Positions 20,329-30,319 of a stretch of DNA of 64,000 nt are shown in pieces. The translations under genes and the position numbers were made by a program. This DNA comes from Chloroflexota bacterium (GTDB taxonomy: Bacteria > Chloroflexota > UBA11872 > VXOZ01), in NCBI GenBank assembly GCA_965221905.1, contig OZ244922.1, positions 1,568,001 through 1,632,000 of the forward strand, read 5' to 3'. The notes beneath the pieces are model-generated. The model saw only the letters and a program-made list of their open reading frames with translations, had not been told where the DNA came from and made no database searches. Numbering within the stretch: the stretch's first letter is position 1; the number at the start of each line of letters is the position of its first letter.

Positions 20329-20723
20329 GGCCTTGTCGCAAGAGCGAATGCCGAATTTGAAGGGATAGCTGCCTGGGCACTCCGCAGAGCCGCTGCTGTG
20401 GGAGTGGATTCTCAAACACTTGGAAGTATGTCCTCGTCGGTCAATCACTGTCGCAGGCAATCTCTGGCATAATTGAAGCGGCGCAAGTGCTTGAGTATTA
20501 TCAGGCTCACGATCAGTCCGGCCATGTCGTCTCGCAGACAATCTCTGAAGATTGGGGGATTCTCAGATGGCGACAAAGTCTGTGGGCTTACAGAATGCCG
20601 TAACGTCGCATGGTCATGCATTTGACCTCATGGTTCAAGGACTCGACTGCTGAACGAGGCGACTTAGGGGGGCACCAATGCCCCTGCAGGATCAGAATCA
20701 AATCTGTAGTTCTGGGAACAAAT

Positions 20724-20737
20724 TGTGACCGGTCTAC
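20724..20737. promoter_or_regulatory. Candidate LacI-type operator TGTGACCGGTCTAC
   Basis: Partial palindrome upstream of the PhyH gene; similar sites at 37346 and 49416. Confidence 0.35.
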
Positions 20738-20844
20738 CCAGCGTGTAGGATGATTGTGGAGCGGCAGAGACTGCCGCGGGATGCCTGGGTATGAGAGAAT
20801 GCCGTTAGACAGTGGCAATCGCGGAATATAGGAGGAAAGTTCAA

Positions 20845-21741
20845 GTGGCGATTAAGACAACGGTCCTACCTGATACTTTACAGTCGAACGGCAATGCCTT
20901 CGACCTCTCAGACGAGACCTTCGGGGAGCTACGCGACGCCAACAGCTTGCTGGGCAACATGGCTGCGATCCACGAACGGTTTGCCGAGGACGGGTACCTG
21001 CTCTTCCGAAACTATCTCGACAAGGATAAGGTGCTGGCAGGGCGCCGGGAACTGATTGGAAAGCTCGACTCCATCGGCCTTATAGACCGCGCCAAGCCGT
21101 TTATGGAGTCTATCTTTTCCGGCGATACGAGCGGCATCACTGCGTCGGATCGTAAGACATTCGCCCGTGAACTCCGCTCCGGCCCGGCGCTCAAGGATAT
21201 TTGCTTCTCCGGTAGGATAATGTCCTTCTTCGAGCAGTATTTCGGAGACGAAGTGCTGAACCTCAATTACATCTGGGTACGGAACAGACGCCGGGGGGCC
21301 GCCACCCCCTGCCACTTTGACTGGGTGTACATGGGACGCGGCACCCGAAACGTCATGACGGCATGGATTCCGCAAGGAGCGGTGCCCTTATGTGACGGCC
21401 CGCTGGCGATCTTGCACGGTTCCCATAAGTGGCAGGAACTCCAGCAGACCTATGGCAGTATCGACGTGGACAAGGATAAGGAAAAGAACCCGTACGGCGG
21501 CGGCTCGCTGACAAAGAATCCAAACGAGCCCCAGCAGCGGTACGGCGGACGCTGGCTTACGACAGAATTCGAGCCGGGCGATGTGCTTTTGTTCGGCATG
21601 TTCACATTGCACTGCTCGCTGGACAACGAGAGCCCGGAAAACCGCATTCGCCTTTCTACCGATACCCGCTACCAGCTCGCCAGCGAACCCGCCGATGAGC
21701 GCTGGATCGGCGATGATCCCTTCGGCCACGGCATGATGTAG
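20845..21741 (+). CDS. Phytanoyl-CoA dioxygenase (PhyH) family Fe(II)/2OG enzyme, copy 1
   Basis: GGAGG RBS + GTG 20845; DGYL, HxD (CHFD), AWIP, GSHK, EPGD, distal His (TLH), R.S.DTRY. Confidence 0.92.
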   Translation: MAIKTTVLPDTLQSNGNAFDLSDETFGELRDANSLLGNMAAIHERFAEDGYLLFRNYLDKDKVLAGRRELIGKLDSIGLIDRAKPFMESIFSGDTSGITASDRKTFARELRSGPALKDICFSGRIMSFFEQYFGDEVLNLNYIWVRNRRRGAATPCHFDWVYMGRGTRNVMTAWIPQGAVPLCDGPLAILHGSHKWQELQQTYGSIDVDKDKEKNPYGGGSLTKNPNEPQQRYGGRWLTTEFEPGDVLLFGMFTLHCSLDNESPENRIRLSTDTRYQLASEPADERWIGDDPFGHGMM

Positions 21742-22174
21742 CGCTCCGACATCTAAAGTGCCGACTTGCGGGAATCCGGGCACTCACGGCATTGGCCGGC
21801 GCATTGCCTGCCTGGAATCTGCGTTGGGGTCCTAGCAAGGGTGACCGCTTTTCTCCGGTTAGCTTCGGAATCTCACTTTACCTTTGCATCGGTGCCGTAA
21901 ATTGTTGCCGGTTGGACTTGGCCGACGGCCCGTGTCAGTCTGCGAGACCCTGCGGCTCTCGGCCCAATGAGACACACTTGTTGCGTGGTCTTGCTGTTCG
22001 GCCCGTCAAATTGTCCGAAGAAGTGATCTTTGAGGCGGTTAGTGCCGCCAGATTGCGGTACATGGATGTAAAATGTAGTATTGGTTTAGCAGCAGCATAC
22101 GCTGATTCGGCCTAACGGCCAAGAGTGGCTGCCGCTAACCAAATGCAGCCACGCACAGAGGGAGGGTTGGCAAA

Positions 22175-23071
22175 GTGGCGATTAAGACAACGGTCCTACC
22201 GGACACTTTGACGTCGAACGGTAATGCCTTCGACCTCTCGAATGAGACGTTTGGAGAGTTGCGAGACTCCAAAAGTCTGCAAGGCGACACAGCCGCGCTC
22301 CACGAGCGGTTTGCTGAAGACGGCTATTTACTCTTGCGCGGATACTTGGACAAGGAAAAGGTGCTGGCGGCGCGCCGAGAACTGATTGGCAAGCTCGATG
22401 AAATCGGCCTGATCGATCGCTCTCGCCCCTTTATGGATGCCGTCTTCTCAGGTGATACCAGCGGCATCAGTGCGAGCGACCGCCAGGAATTCACGCACAA
22501 CCTCCGCTCCGGCCCGGCGCTAAAGGAGGTCTGCTTCTCCGGTAGGATAATGTCCTTCTTCGAGCAGTTTTTTGGTGATGAGGTGCTGCATCTCGATTAC
22601 GTTTGGGTGCGGAACGTGAGGCGCGGGGCGGCCACCGGCTGCCACTTCGATTGGGTCTACATGGGACGCGGGACGCCGAAGCTCATGACCGCGTGGATTC
22701 CGCAGGGCGAGGTGCCTCTCGGCGACGGCCCGCTGGCGGTCTTGCAGGGCTCCCACAAGTGGCATGAACTGCAGAATACATACGGCAAGATCGACGTGGA
22801 CAGGGACAAGGATAAGAACCCCTACGGCGGCGGTTGGCTGACGAAGAATCCGAATCAGCCCCAGCAACGGTACGGCGGACGCTGGCTTACCACGGAGTTC
22901 GAGCCGGGCGATCTGCTCGTCTTCGGTATGTTCACGCTCCATTGCGCCATCGATAACGAAAGCACGAAAAACTGCATCCGTCTCTCCACCGATACGCGCT
23001 ACCAACTTGCCAGCGAACCCGCCGACGAACGCTGGATCGGCGATGACCCCTTCGGCCACGGCATGATGTAA
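22175..23071 (+). CDS. PhyH family dioxygenase, copy 2 (tandem paralog)
   Basis: Same motifs and length as copy 1; identical C-terminus ERWIGDDPFGHGMM. Confidence 0.92.
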   Translation: MAIKTTVLPDTLTSNGNAFDLSNETFGELRDSKSLQGDTAALHERFAEDGYLLLRGYLDKEKVLAARRELIGKLDEIGLIDRSRPFMDAVFSGDTSGISASDRQEFTHNLRSGPALKEVCFSGRIMSFFEQFFGDEVLHLDYVWVRNVRRGAATGCHFDWVYMGRGTPKLMTAWIPQGEVPLGDGPLAVLQGSHKWHELQNTYGKIDVDRDKDKNPYGGGWLTKNPNQPQQRYGGRWLTTEFEPGDLLVFGMFTLHCAIDNESTKNCIRLSTDTRYQLASEPADERWIGDDPFGHGMM

Positions 23072-23127
23072 GGAATTCAGATACTGGCGTGGGGAGTAGT
23101 ATGTGAATTCGGACGAAGTGCCCAGGC

Positions 23128-25524
23128 TTATCGCCTGCGAACCGAGCCCAAGTACTGCCGCAGGAGTCCACTTAGTTCGCGGATATCCTCCTGCAATACT
23201 CTTAGAGGTTGCGTCTGAGCATGGTTGCGGTCTTCTATAGCTTCCGCAGGGAGGCCCAGGTTCTCCTTGGCCAGGGCCCGGTTGGCGTAGTAATAGGCAG
23301 GGGCTTCTTCCGGGTGAAGCTGGACGGCTTCGTCAAAGTCTTCTAAAGCTTTACCATACTCCTTCAAGTTGCTGTAGCAGACGCCACGACTATAGAAGCA
23401 AGCGTGAGGACTTCCAATGTGCGAGGCACTAAACCGGTAAAACGCAATGGCAATGTCAAAGTCTGCTATGGCCATTGTGTACTTGGTCAAGCTGCGATAG
23501 GAGGAGCCTCGAATGTAATAGGATCCAGCATTCTCTGGCTCTAGTCTAAGTGACTTTGCATAGTTCGAAATTGCCTCTTTATGTTTCCCCAAGTGCTGAT
23601 AAGAATCACCGCGTCTCAAATAGTGTTCGGCGTTTCCTGGCTCAAGTTCGATAGCCTTGTTGTAATTCCTAATGGCTCCTTGATACTCCTGATTCTTTTT
23701 GTGTAGAAGACCGCGACTCGCATAGAGTCTGGCCACGTCGGGCTTAAGTTCAATAGCTCTATCGTAGTGTCTGATGCTCTTACTGTAATCTCCAAGCCTA
23801 CCAAGCAGTTCGCCACAGGCTTCATAGGCTTCAGCGAATTCTGAATGGAGTTCTAAAGCCCTATTGAAGTCGGCAAAGGCTTTCTCAGGCAAATTAACGT
23901 AAAGGTTGCTGTATAATTTTCCCCGGCTGAGATAGTTATGAGCGTTCTCTGGATCGAGTTCAATTGCCGCACTGTAGTCTGCTATAGCCCAATCGTAATA
24001 GCGTAGAATCTCGCGACAACGGCCTCGGCGAGAAGCGTAGCTGGCGTTACTTGGCTCGAGTTCTATAGCCTTATCGTAGTCCTTTAGTGCTTCAATAACG
24101 TAATGTTCTGTCATGAAACCAGAATATCGTTTCAGGTAACAGTCGCCACGTCTCACATGGGTTTCAGCAAGCTCAGGTTGTAGAGAAACAATCCTGCTGC
24201 AATAGACTGTGGCAAGATGGTGCTCTTCGTTCTTCTGGGCAAGCTCAAAGGCTCTATGAAAGTCTGCCGAGGTCCTGGAGTTCTTCCTTAGCTCCCTGTA
24301 ACAATCACCCCGAGAAGAGTAGAATTCATCACGGCTTGGATCAAGTTCGATTGCTCTGTCGTAGTCTTCAATGGCCTTTCGGTAGCTTCCATGCTCCATG
24401 TGGAGAGCACCCCGGCTTGCATAGGCGTAAGCGGAGTCTGGAACGATGGACACTATCTTGCCATATAGTGCCAATGCCTCTTTATCGTCTAAGTCAATAG
24501 TGTAATCGTAAAATCCTCTCAAGTAGCTTTGAGCATTCTCATCATCTAGTTCGATAGCTTTGCAGTAGTTCGCAATGGCTTCATCAGGTTTCTCTAGCTT
24601 CAAATAGAAGTCGCCACGGTAGGAGTAGTGCTGGGCATTTCCCGGTTGAAGTTCAATTGCTCTATCGTAAACGATCAAAGCCCTTTCGGGATTGTCTAGC
24701 CGTGCATAGACGTAGAAGCCACCGAAACTCCCTCTGACTTTGGAGTGCGGGATGCTCCCTGGTTGGAGTTCGACAGCTCTTTGGCAGTCTGCTAACGCTC
24801 TATCGTAGTTTTGAAGCTGCAAATGGGTATAGCCGCGATGGGAGTAACACTCGCTATCGTCTGGCAGCAGTTCCACAGCCTTGCCAAGGTCTTTGAGGGC
24901 TGTTTCGTAATCTTCGAGTCTCTTATAGCAAAGGCCGCGGCGCAGATAGTGCAGTCCGAACTCTGGCTGGAGTGTAATACAGACGCTAAAGTCTTTCGCG
25001 GCTTTTTCATTTTCAGAATTTCGTCCGATTGAATTGCCACAATCATAGTGGAAGTTGCCACGTGTGGCATAGGCAGTAGCATCATGTGGTTGAAGGTTGA
25101 TTGCTTTCTCGTAGTCAGCTAAGGCTTTGACATTCTCGCGTTTGCGCGTATATTGGCGCGCATAGATGTTACCGCGGGCGAGATAGGCAGCGGCATTACT
25201 TGGCTCCAGTTCAATGGCTTTATTGAAATACGCCAAAGGTATCCAGAGTTTTCTTGGATTGTCGAATAAGGTGCCAAGGGCGACATAGACGGCAGAGCTT
25301 TCCGGCTGAAGTTCTTGAGCCTTCTGGTAGTCCGCCAAGGCTTCCTCATTCTTGTCCAAGTCCTTAAAGCAATTGCCACGAGCTAGGTAGGCATCGAAAT
25401 AATGCGAATCGAGCCGGATAGCTTCGCAATACCGTTGGATAGCTTCATCAAGTCGACCTTGCTGGCTTAGTACGGTGCCATCCCGATAAAGTTTCTGTGC
25501 TTCAACTGAATAGTCAGACTCCAT
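23128..25524 (-). CDS. Long tetratricopeptide repeat protein (~20 TPRs)
   Basis: Recurrent AY..RG..Y..L..Y..A..DY.KAIEL.P units; GGGGG RBS before ATG 25524. Confidence 0.92.
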   Translation of the reverse strand: MESDYSVEAQKLYRDGTVLSQQGRLDEAIQRYCEAIRLDSHYFDAYLARGNCFKDLDKNEEALADYQKAQELQPESSAVYVALGTLFDNPRKLWIPLAYFNKAIELEPSNAAAYLARGNIYARQYTRKRENVKALADYEKAINLQPHDATAYATRGNFHYDCGNSIGRNSENEKAAKDFSVCITLQPEFGLHYLRRGLCYKRLEDYETALKDLGKAVELLPDDSECYSHRGYTHLQLQNYDRALADCQRAVELQPGSIPHSKVRGSFGGFYVYARLDNPERALIVYDRAIELQPGNAQHYSYRGDFYLKLEKPDEAIANYCKAIELDDENAQSYLRGFYDYTIDLDDKEALALYGKIVSIVPDSAYAYASRGALHMEHGSYRKAIEDYDRAIELDPSRDEFYSSRGDCYRELRKNSRTSADFHRAFELAQKNEEHHLATVYCSRIVSLQPELAETHVRRGDCYLKRYSGFMTEHYVIEALKDYDKAIELEPSNASYASRRGRCREILRYYDWAIADYSAAIELDPENAHNYLSRGKLYSNLYVNLPEKAFADFNRALELHSEFAEAYEACGELLGRLGDYSKSIRHYDRAIELKPDVARLYASRGLLHKKNQEYQGAIRNYNKAIELEPGNAEHYLRRGDSYQHLGKHKEAISNYAKSLRLEPENAGSYYIRGSSYRSLTKYTMAIADFDIAIAFYRFSASHIGSPHACFYSRGVCYSNLKEYGKALEDFDEAVQLHPEEAPAYYYANRALAKENLGLPAEAIEDRNHAQTQPLRVLQEDIRELSGLLRQYLGSVRRR

Positions 25525-25551
25525 GAATTCCCCCGATTTAGGCAAGACCAC

Positions 25552-25584
25552 AATGCGCTACTACCGGGCTGGTAGTAGCGCATT
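25552..25584. terminator. Hairpin downstream of tRNA-Arg, probable terminator
   Basis: AATGCGCTACTACC-gggct-GGTAGTAGCGCATT, perfect 14-bp stem. Confidence 0.6.
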
Positions 25585-25586
25585 TT

Positions 25587-25662
25587 TGGTACCCCGTGAG
25601 CGACTCGAACGCTCGACCCCTGGCTCCGCAAGCCAGTGCTCTATCCACTGAGCTAACGGGGC
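25587..25662 (-). tRNA. tRNA-Arg(GCG)
   Basis: GCCCCGTTAGCTCAGTGGATAGAGCA-CTGGC TTGCGGA GCCAG-GGGTCGAGCGTTCGAGTCGCTCACGGGGTACCA; full cloverleaf, encoded CCA. Confidence 0.95.
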
Positions 25663-25812
25663 ATACCTGTCTGTGCCTTTAGTATAGCATTTCGTGCGGT
25701 TGCGGCGGGTAATTACGGTCGAGCTTGCCGAATGCTGCAGTGCGATTCATGACGCATGGCAGGGGGCAGCTTCGTGTGAACGGAGCTCTGCGCGACACTG
25801 TTTTGGTGCCCG

Positions 25813-25840
25813 CTGGATTCCGGCTTGCGCCGGAATGACG
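25813..25840 (-). repeat. CGTC-type REP palindrome
   Basis: Reverse complement CGTCATTCCGGCGCAAGCCGGAATCCAG. Confidence 0.7.
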
Positions 25841-25876
25841 GCATTCTGTGGCAGGTTGCGGATGAGCAGATATAGA

Positions 25877-25912
25877 AGAGGGTCTGTGGGTTTCATGATC
25901 CACAGACCCTCT
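25877..25912 (-). terminator. Hairpin downstream of hflC
   Basis: AGAGGGTCTGTGG...CCACAGACCCTCT, 13-bp stem. Confidence 0.5.
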
Positions 25913-26019
25913 GTCCGCATTCAGCGATGGCCGTTTACTTCAGCCAACGCACACTTGCTACTTTCCCCGTCCCGGCATTACATTGGCAGAGCCGTTCTTT
26001 GGGAAAGCACGCTTGTGCG

Positions 26020-26937
26020 TTACTCGTCCCCTTCTAGCGCAGGGGCCAATACGGGCAGCACACTGCCAACGTTAGGCCGCGGCGACGGATCGATGAGATA
26101 CTTGAAGAACTCGCTGTCCGGCGAAATCACAAGTATGTCGCCTTGCTTGAGTACATTGACATAAGCCTCTAGCCGTCGGCGGAAGGCAAAGAATTCAGGG
26201 TCCTGATTGAGGGCATTGGCGTAAATCGCGATTGCCTGGGCGTCGCCCTCGCCCCGGATTTGCGCCGCTTCCTCGTTGGCTACAGCGACGATCACGACGC
26301 GCTCACGGTCGGCCGACGCCATGATCTCGGCGCCTTGCTCCTCGCCTTCAGCGCGGTAGCGGTTTGCTTCACGGGCGCGTTCGGCCTTCATGCGCTCGAA
26401 GACACTGTCCTCGACTTCTTCGGGCAGGTCGGCGCGCTTGAAGCGCACGTCGATGACCTCGATGCCAAAGTCCAGGGCGCGCACACGGCTGGCAATCGTA
26501 ACCGCATCCATGATGTTCTCACGTTCGCCGGCGATCATCACGTCAAAGTTGAACGTAGCGAGTGTGCGACGCAGCTCCGAAAACACCACGTCGTCCAATC
26601 GCGACCGAGCGCCGACCTCATTCTGCACGCTAATGAAGAACTTGATCGGATCGATGATGCGCCAGCGTGTGACGTGGTCAACGCGCACACGTTTCTTGTC
26701 AAGAGTGAGATACTCTTGAGGGGCGGCATCGCTCGAGAGCAAGCGCCGGTCAAAGTACACTGCATCTTGAATGAAGGGCAGTTTAAAGTAGAGCCCCGGA
26801 TCATTGGCAGTGTACTGGTACTCGCCAAGTTGCAAGACGATGGCCTGATTAGTTTCTGTGACGACAAACGTCACCTGCGAAAACACGAACAACGCCAGTG
26901 CCCCAAGGGCAACAATTACAGTTAGGGTCCGTCCCAT
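26020..26937 (-). CDS. hflC: Protease modulator HflC
   Basis: N-terminal TM, PGLYFKLPFIQ, TLDKKR, GIEVIDVRFKRADLP, RMKAER, DPEFFAFRR. Confidence 0.95.
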   Translation of the reverse strand: MGRTLTVIVALGALALFVFSQVTFVVTETNQAIVLQLGEYQYTANDPGLYFKLPFIQDAVYFDRRLLSSDAAPQEYLTLDKKRVRVDHVTRWRIIDPIKFFISVQNEVGARSRLDDVVFSELRRTLATFNFDVMIAGERENIMDAVTIASRVRALDFGIEVIDVRFKRADLPEEVEDSVFERMKAERAREANRYRAEGEEQGAEIMASADRERVVIVAVANEEAAQIRGEGDAQAIAIYANALNQDPEFFAFRRRLEAYVNVLKQGDILVISPDSEFFKYLIDPSPRPNVGSVLPVLAPALEGDE

Positions 26938-26949
26938 GTGACACCTCCT

Positions 26950-27996
26950 TTATTGACTAACGTTTGATGGTTGTGATCCGGACGTCCCGGATTGCAGGCT
27001 GCGCAGAGGGAGGAAGGGCAGAACGCCGCTGTCAGATTGCGAGATCAGCACTTTCTCCACGTTCGCCATGGCTTGCTCAACCGCCTCGATGTACATGCGC
27101 TCACGAGTCACCTCGGGAGCAAGGCGGTATTCTGCGAGGATCGCGAGGAAGCGCTCGCTCTCGCCGCGCGCACTGCGAATGCGCTCTTCTTGGTAGGCTA
27201 GCGCTTGCTCCAGAAGTCGCTTTGCCTCACCGCGCGCCCGTGGCACCACGTCTTCGCGGTAGGCCTCTGCTTCGTTCACCTTGCGTTCGCGGTCCTCACG
27301 CGCGCGCACCACTTCGTGGAATGCGTCTCGCACTTGATCGGGCGCGTCCGCCACCTGCAGACGAACGTCGGTGATCGAGATTCCCATGTTGTATTCGTCT
27401 ATTAGTTCCTGCAAATAGGCGCGTGTATTTTCCTGGACCTCGGCCCGGCGTTCGGTAATTACGCCGTCAATCGGCATCTTGCCGACGGCGCTGCGCAGGG
27501 CCACTTCAGTGGTTGTATGGAGGACATCTTCAGGATTATTAACGTTGAAGACGAAGGCTGGAGCATCCGTCACACGGTACTGCACGAGCATACCGACTTC
27601 GACGATGTTCTCGTCGGCCGTGAGCATCAACGCTTCCTCGAGGATGCGCCGCGATTCCTGACCGCTCACACTGCGGAAGCCGATTTCAGCACGACGGACG
27701 TTGCCAATGTCAACGATCACTACGTTTTGGATCGGCCAGGGAAGGTGATAATTCACGCCGGGCGAAGAAGTGTTTACATGCCGTCCAAATTGGAGGACGA
27801 CACCTTGTTCGGCAGGATCCACGATGTAAACGCCCGACCCTACCCACAGCACGACCGCGACGATAGCGCCGAGAATGATGAAGCGCTGTAACCGTCGGGC
27901 CCGATCCCGGGTCTGACGGAGCATTTCTCCGAAATCCTCATTGTCTTCATCGTCCGGCGGCCCGCCGCGCGGCCCACCACGGTCATAGATGGACAT
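26950..27996 (-). CDS. hflK: FtsH protease activity modulator HflK
   Basis: GVVLQFG, PWPIQ, MLTADENIV, V.DAF.EV..ARED, APEVTRERMYIE. Confidence 0.95.
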   Translation of the reverse strand: MSIYDRGGPRGGPPDDEDNEDFGEMLRQTRDRARRLQRFIILGAIVAVVLWVGSGVYIVDPAEQGVVLQFGRHVNTSSPGVNYHLPWPIQNVVIVDIGNVRRAEIGFRSVSGQESRRILEEALMLTADENIVEVGMLVQYRVTDAPAFVFNVNNPEDVLHTTTEVALRSAVGKMPIDGVITERRAEVQENTRAYLQELIDEYNMGISITDVRLQVADAPDQVRDAFHEVVRAREDRERKVNEAEAYREDVVPRARGEAKRLLEQALAYQEERIRSARGESERFLAILAEYRLAPEVTRERMYIEAVEQAMANVEKVLISQSDSGVLPFLPLRSLQSGTSGSQPSNVSQ

Positions 27997-28609
27997 CCCT
28001 TCGCCTCCTTTTGGCTTGAGATACGTTTTAGACTCTGATCAGTGTCGCTGTTCGACTAGCGACTCCGCAGGTTGCACGCTGCATTACTCTATACTACTAC
28101 CGTACCATTCTCCGGCTCAATTGTAGAGTGCAGCCGTGCGTAGTATGTACTTGCCAGCCGCGACGAAATTCGTCGGCGACTTACGTAGGCAAGAGTGCTT
28201 TACGAGCAGACCCCACTACTGCGGCGATAGCGATGTAACGACCAGGCGTCGTTGCTCGCCAGCCGCGAGCCGGGTTTCAAGCCTGAAGCGGGCATTTTTT
28301 CATCTCCTATGCCAATAGGGTTGACAGTAAATTCAATGAGAAAGATGCGCAGCAAAAGTGATTGCGAGCATACGGGGACTATTCCCGCCAACATCAATTC
28401 TCCAGGGTCGTGTCTGCTATCCGGCGCAGACCATGGGGTTTCGCATTCTGTGTTGATCGCTTTCGCAGAGCAGGTAGGCACGTGTACGTCAAGAGGTGAT
28501 ATGGCCGGCTGGGCATGTAGTATAATGGGCTAAACTGGTGACAAAGAAACAGAAATACGAGTGCGAGAAGTGAGTCCGACCATACTTTCGCTAGAGAAGG
28601 AAGACGACC

Positions 28610-29128
28610 ATGCTTTCAGAAAAGGTGCTAGCAGCATACAACAAACAGATTACTGCAGAACTCTACGCCTCAAATCTCTACTTGGCCATGGGAGCATATT
28701 TCGATGCTCTTGCTTACCGCGGTTTTGGTACCTGGCTGCGAGTGCAAAGCGAAGAGGAACGTGGGCACGCGCTGCGAGTCATCGACATCGTGGTGGATCG
28801 AGGAGGCGACGTTGACATTGGAGACATCGAAGCGACTAGTGCTCGTTTAGAATCTCCCGCGGCTGTGTTTGAGCAGGTATTGGCGCAGGAACGAGAAGTG
28901 ACGCGCATGTTCCATGATCTCTCTAATCTCGCCGAGCAGGAGAGCGACCACACGACGCTCGCGGAACTGGAGTGGTTCCTCCTCGAGCAAGTGGAAGAAG
29001 AGCGCGTCGCGGGCGATATTCTGAAGGAAGTTAGGCGCGTGCAGGATAACCTAAGCGGAATGCTTGTGCTCGACCGCGAGTTAGCAGGGCGTGCTGCAGG
29101 AAACGACCAACAGCCTGCTGCCCCATAG
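28610..29128 (+). CDS. ftnA: Ferritin (non-heme)
   Basis: ELYAS.LYLAM, QSEEERGHA, E..VT, WFL.EQVEEE ferroxidase residues. Confidence 0.9.
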   Translation: MLSEKVLAAYNKQITAELYASNLYLAMGAYFDALAYRGFGTWLRVQSEEERGHALRVIDIVVDRGGDVDIGDIEATSARLESPAAVFEQVLAQEREVTRMFHDLSNLAEQESDHTTLAELEWFLLEQVEEERVAGDILKEVRRVQDNLSGMLVLDRELAGRAAGNDQQPAAP

Positions 29129-29178
29129 CTTGGGTCCTCTTGCAGAGCGCATCTGAGACCCAGTTCGCCACGGTGAAT

Positions 29179-29253
29179 TGGAGCGGGCAATGGGATTCGA
29201 ACCCACGGTCTCAACCTTGGGAAGGTCGCATGTTGCCACTACACCATGCCCGC
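29179..29253 (-). tRNA. tRNA-Gly(CCC)
   Basis: GCGGGCATGGTGTAGTGGCAACATG-CGACC TTCCCAA GGTTG-AGACCGTGGGTTCGAATCCCATTGCCCGCTCCA. Confidence 0.95.
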
Positions 29254-29443
29254 AAATGTGCTCAAATCCACTGTAGGCGAATCCGGTCGCTCTGTCAAGC
29301 ATTTGTAGTCTTGACTGCCACCGCCGCGGATGCATACCCAATGACTGAGTGGCGCCGGCGAGCAGAGCCCGCCACGGATTGTCTTGACTGATTCCTACAA
29401 AGCGTCCTAATAGCAGCGCTTACGATCAAACGGAGACGAAAAC

Positions 29444-30190
29444 ATGCCTGGAAAGTTAGCCGATCGCCGTGTCTTGGTTACGGGAGGAGGGCGCGGCATA
29501 GGCCGCGCGATTGCGCTGGCATGCGCGCGAGAAGGAGCGCGCGTGGCGATTACGGCGCGTTCTGAAGACCAGCTAGCCGCGGTGGTGGAAGAGATTCATG
29601 CCGCGGGCGGCTCGGCAGTTGCACTAGTCTGTGACGTAGGGGACCTAGGCCGGGTTGAAGGCATGGTAAGCGGGGCAGTGAAAGCACTGGGCGGGATCGA
29701 CATTCTCGTGAACAACGCCGGTGGCGGCACCGAGCACGCGCCGGTTGCTGAAAGCACGCCGGACTTGTGGGTTGCATGTATCTCTGCAAACCTCATCGGC
29801 ACCTATGCGTGCGCTCGCTATGTCTTGCCGCATATGGTTGCCGGCGGTAGCGGCAAGATCATCAATATCGGTTCAGGCATGGGCCACGAAGTGCGCGCTG
29901 GTATTTCGTCGTATGCCACGGCGAAGGCGGCAGTGTGGACGTTTACAAAGTGCCTCTCGCTGGAGGTGTGGCAACATGGCATTGACGTCAATGAGATCGT
30001 GCCCGGACCGGTGCTCACGCCTGCCACTGACGACCGCTTCACCCTCGACGGGCCTCCGCCTTTTGCGCCCAGCGAGCGTGTAAAGCTACCGGAAGAAGTA
30101 GCGGAATTAACCCTTTGGCTCGCTTCTCAACCTGCGGGCGGCCCCACCGGCCAGAGCTTTAGCCTCGCTCGCCGTCCTCCTGGAAGCTGA
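29444..30190 (+). CDS. SDR family oxidoreductase
   Basis: TGGGRGIG, DILVNNAG, S...YATAK catalytic motif. Confidence 0.93.
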   Translation: MPGKLADRRVLVTGGGRGIGRAIALACAREGARVAITARSEDQLAAVVEEIHAAGGSAVALVCDVGDLGRVEGMVSGAVKALGGIDILVNNAGGGTEHAPVAESTPDLWVACISANLIGTYACARYVLPHMVAGGSGKIINIGSGMGHEVRAGISSYATAKAAVWTFTKCLSLEVWQHGIDVNEIVPGPVLTPATDDRFTLDGPPPFAPSERVKLPEEVAELTLWLASQPAGGPTGQSFSLARRPPGS

Positions 30191-30319
30191 AGGAAAGCTA
30201 CTCGAGGAAGCTCTACAGCTCCGCTACGAAAGGGCGATCCCGGCCAGGTCAACGGAAACAAGGCGATACTAAGTCAGAAGCCAACTGTTAACTGCTGTCC
30301 ACCCAAGTCACTATGGTCG

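Noticed and set aside
20329-22174. Long spacers before each PhyH copy as possible ncRNAs or small genes
   Set aside because: The spacers are not similar to each other and the short ORFs lack RBS or motifs
23128-25524. Periodic DNA similarity that might suggest a CRISPR or tandem array
   Set aside because: Explained by in-frame TPR coding repeats; no identical repeats with unique spacers and no cas genes
25694-26164. 156-aa ORF containing WIPACAGMT
   Set aside because: The peptide is a translation of a CGTC REP and the ORF overlaps hflC antisense
27997-28609. Long intergenic region before ferritin as a possible riboswitch or ncRNA
   Set aside because: No recognisable RNA family motif or convincing structure by eye; only promoter-like boxes
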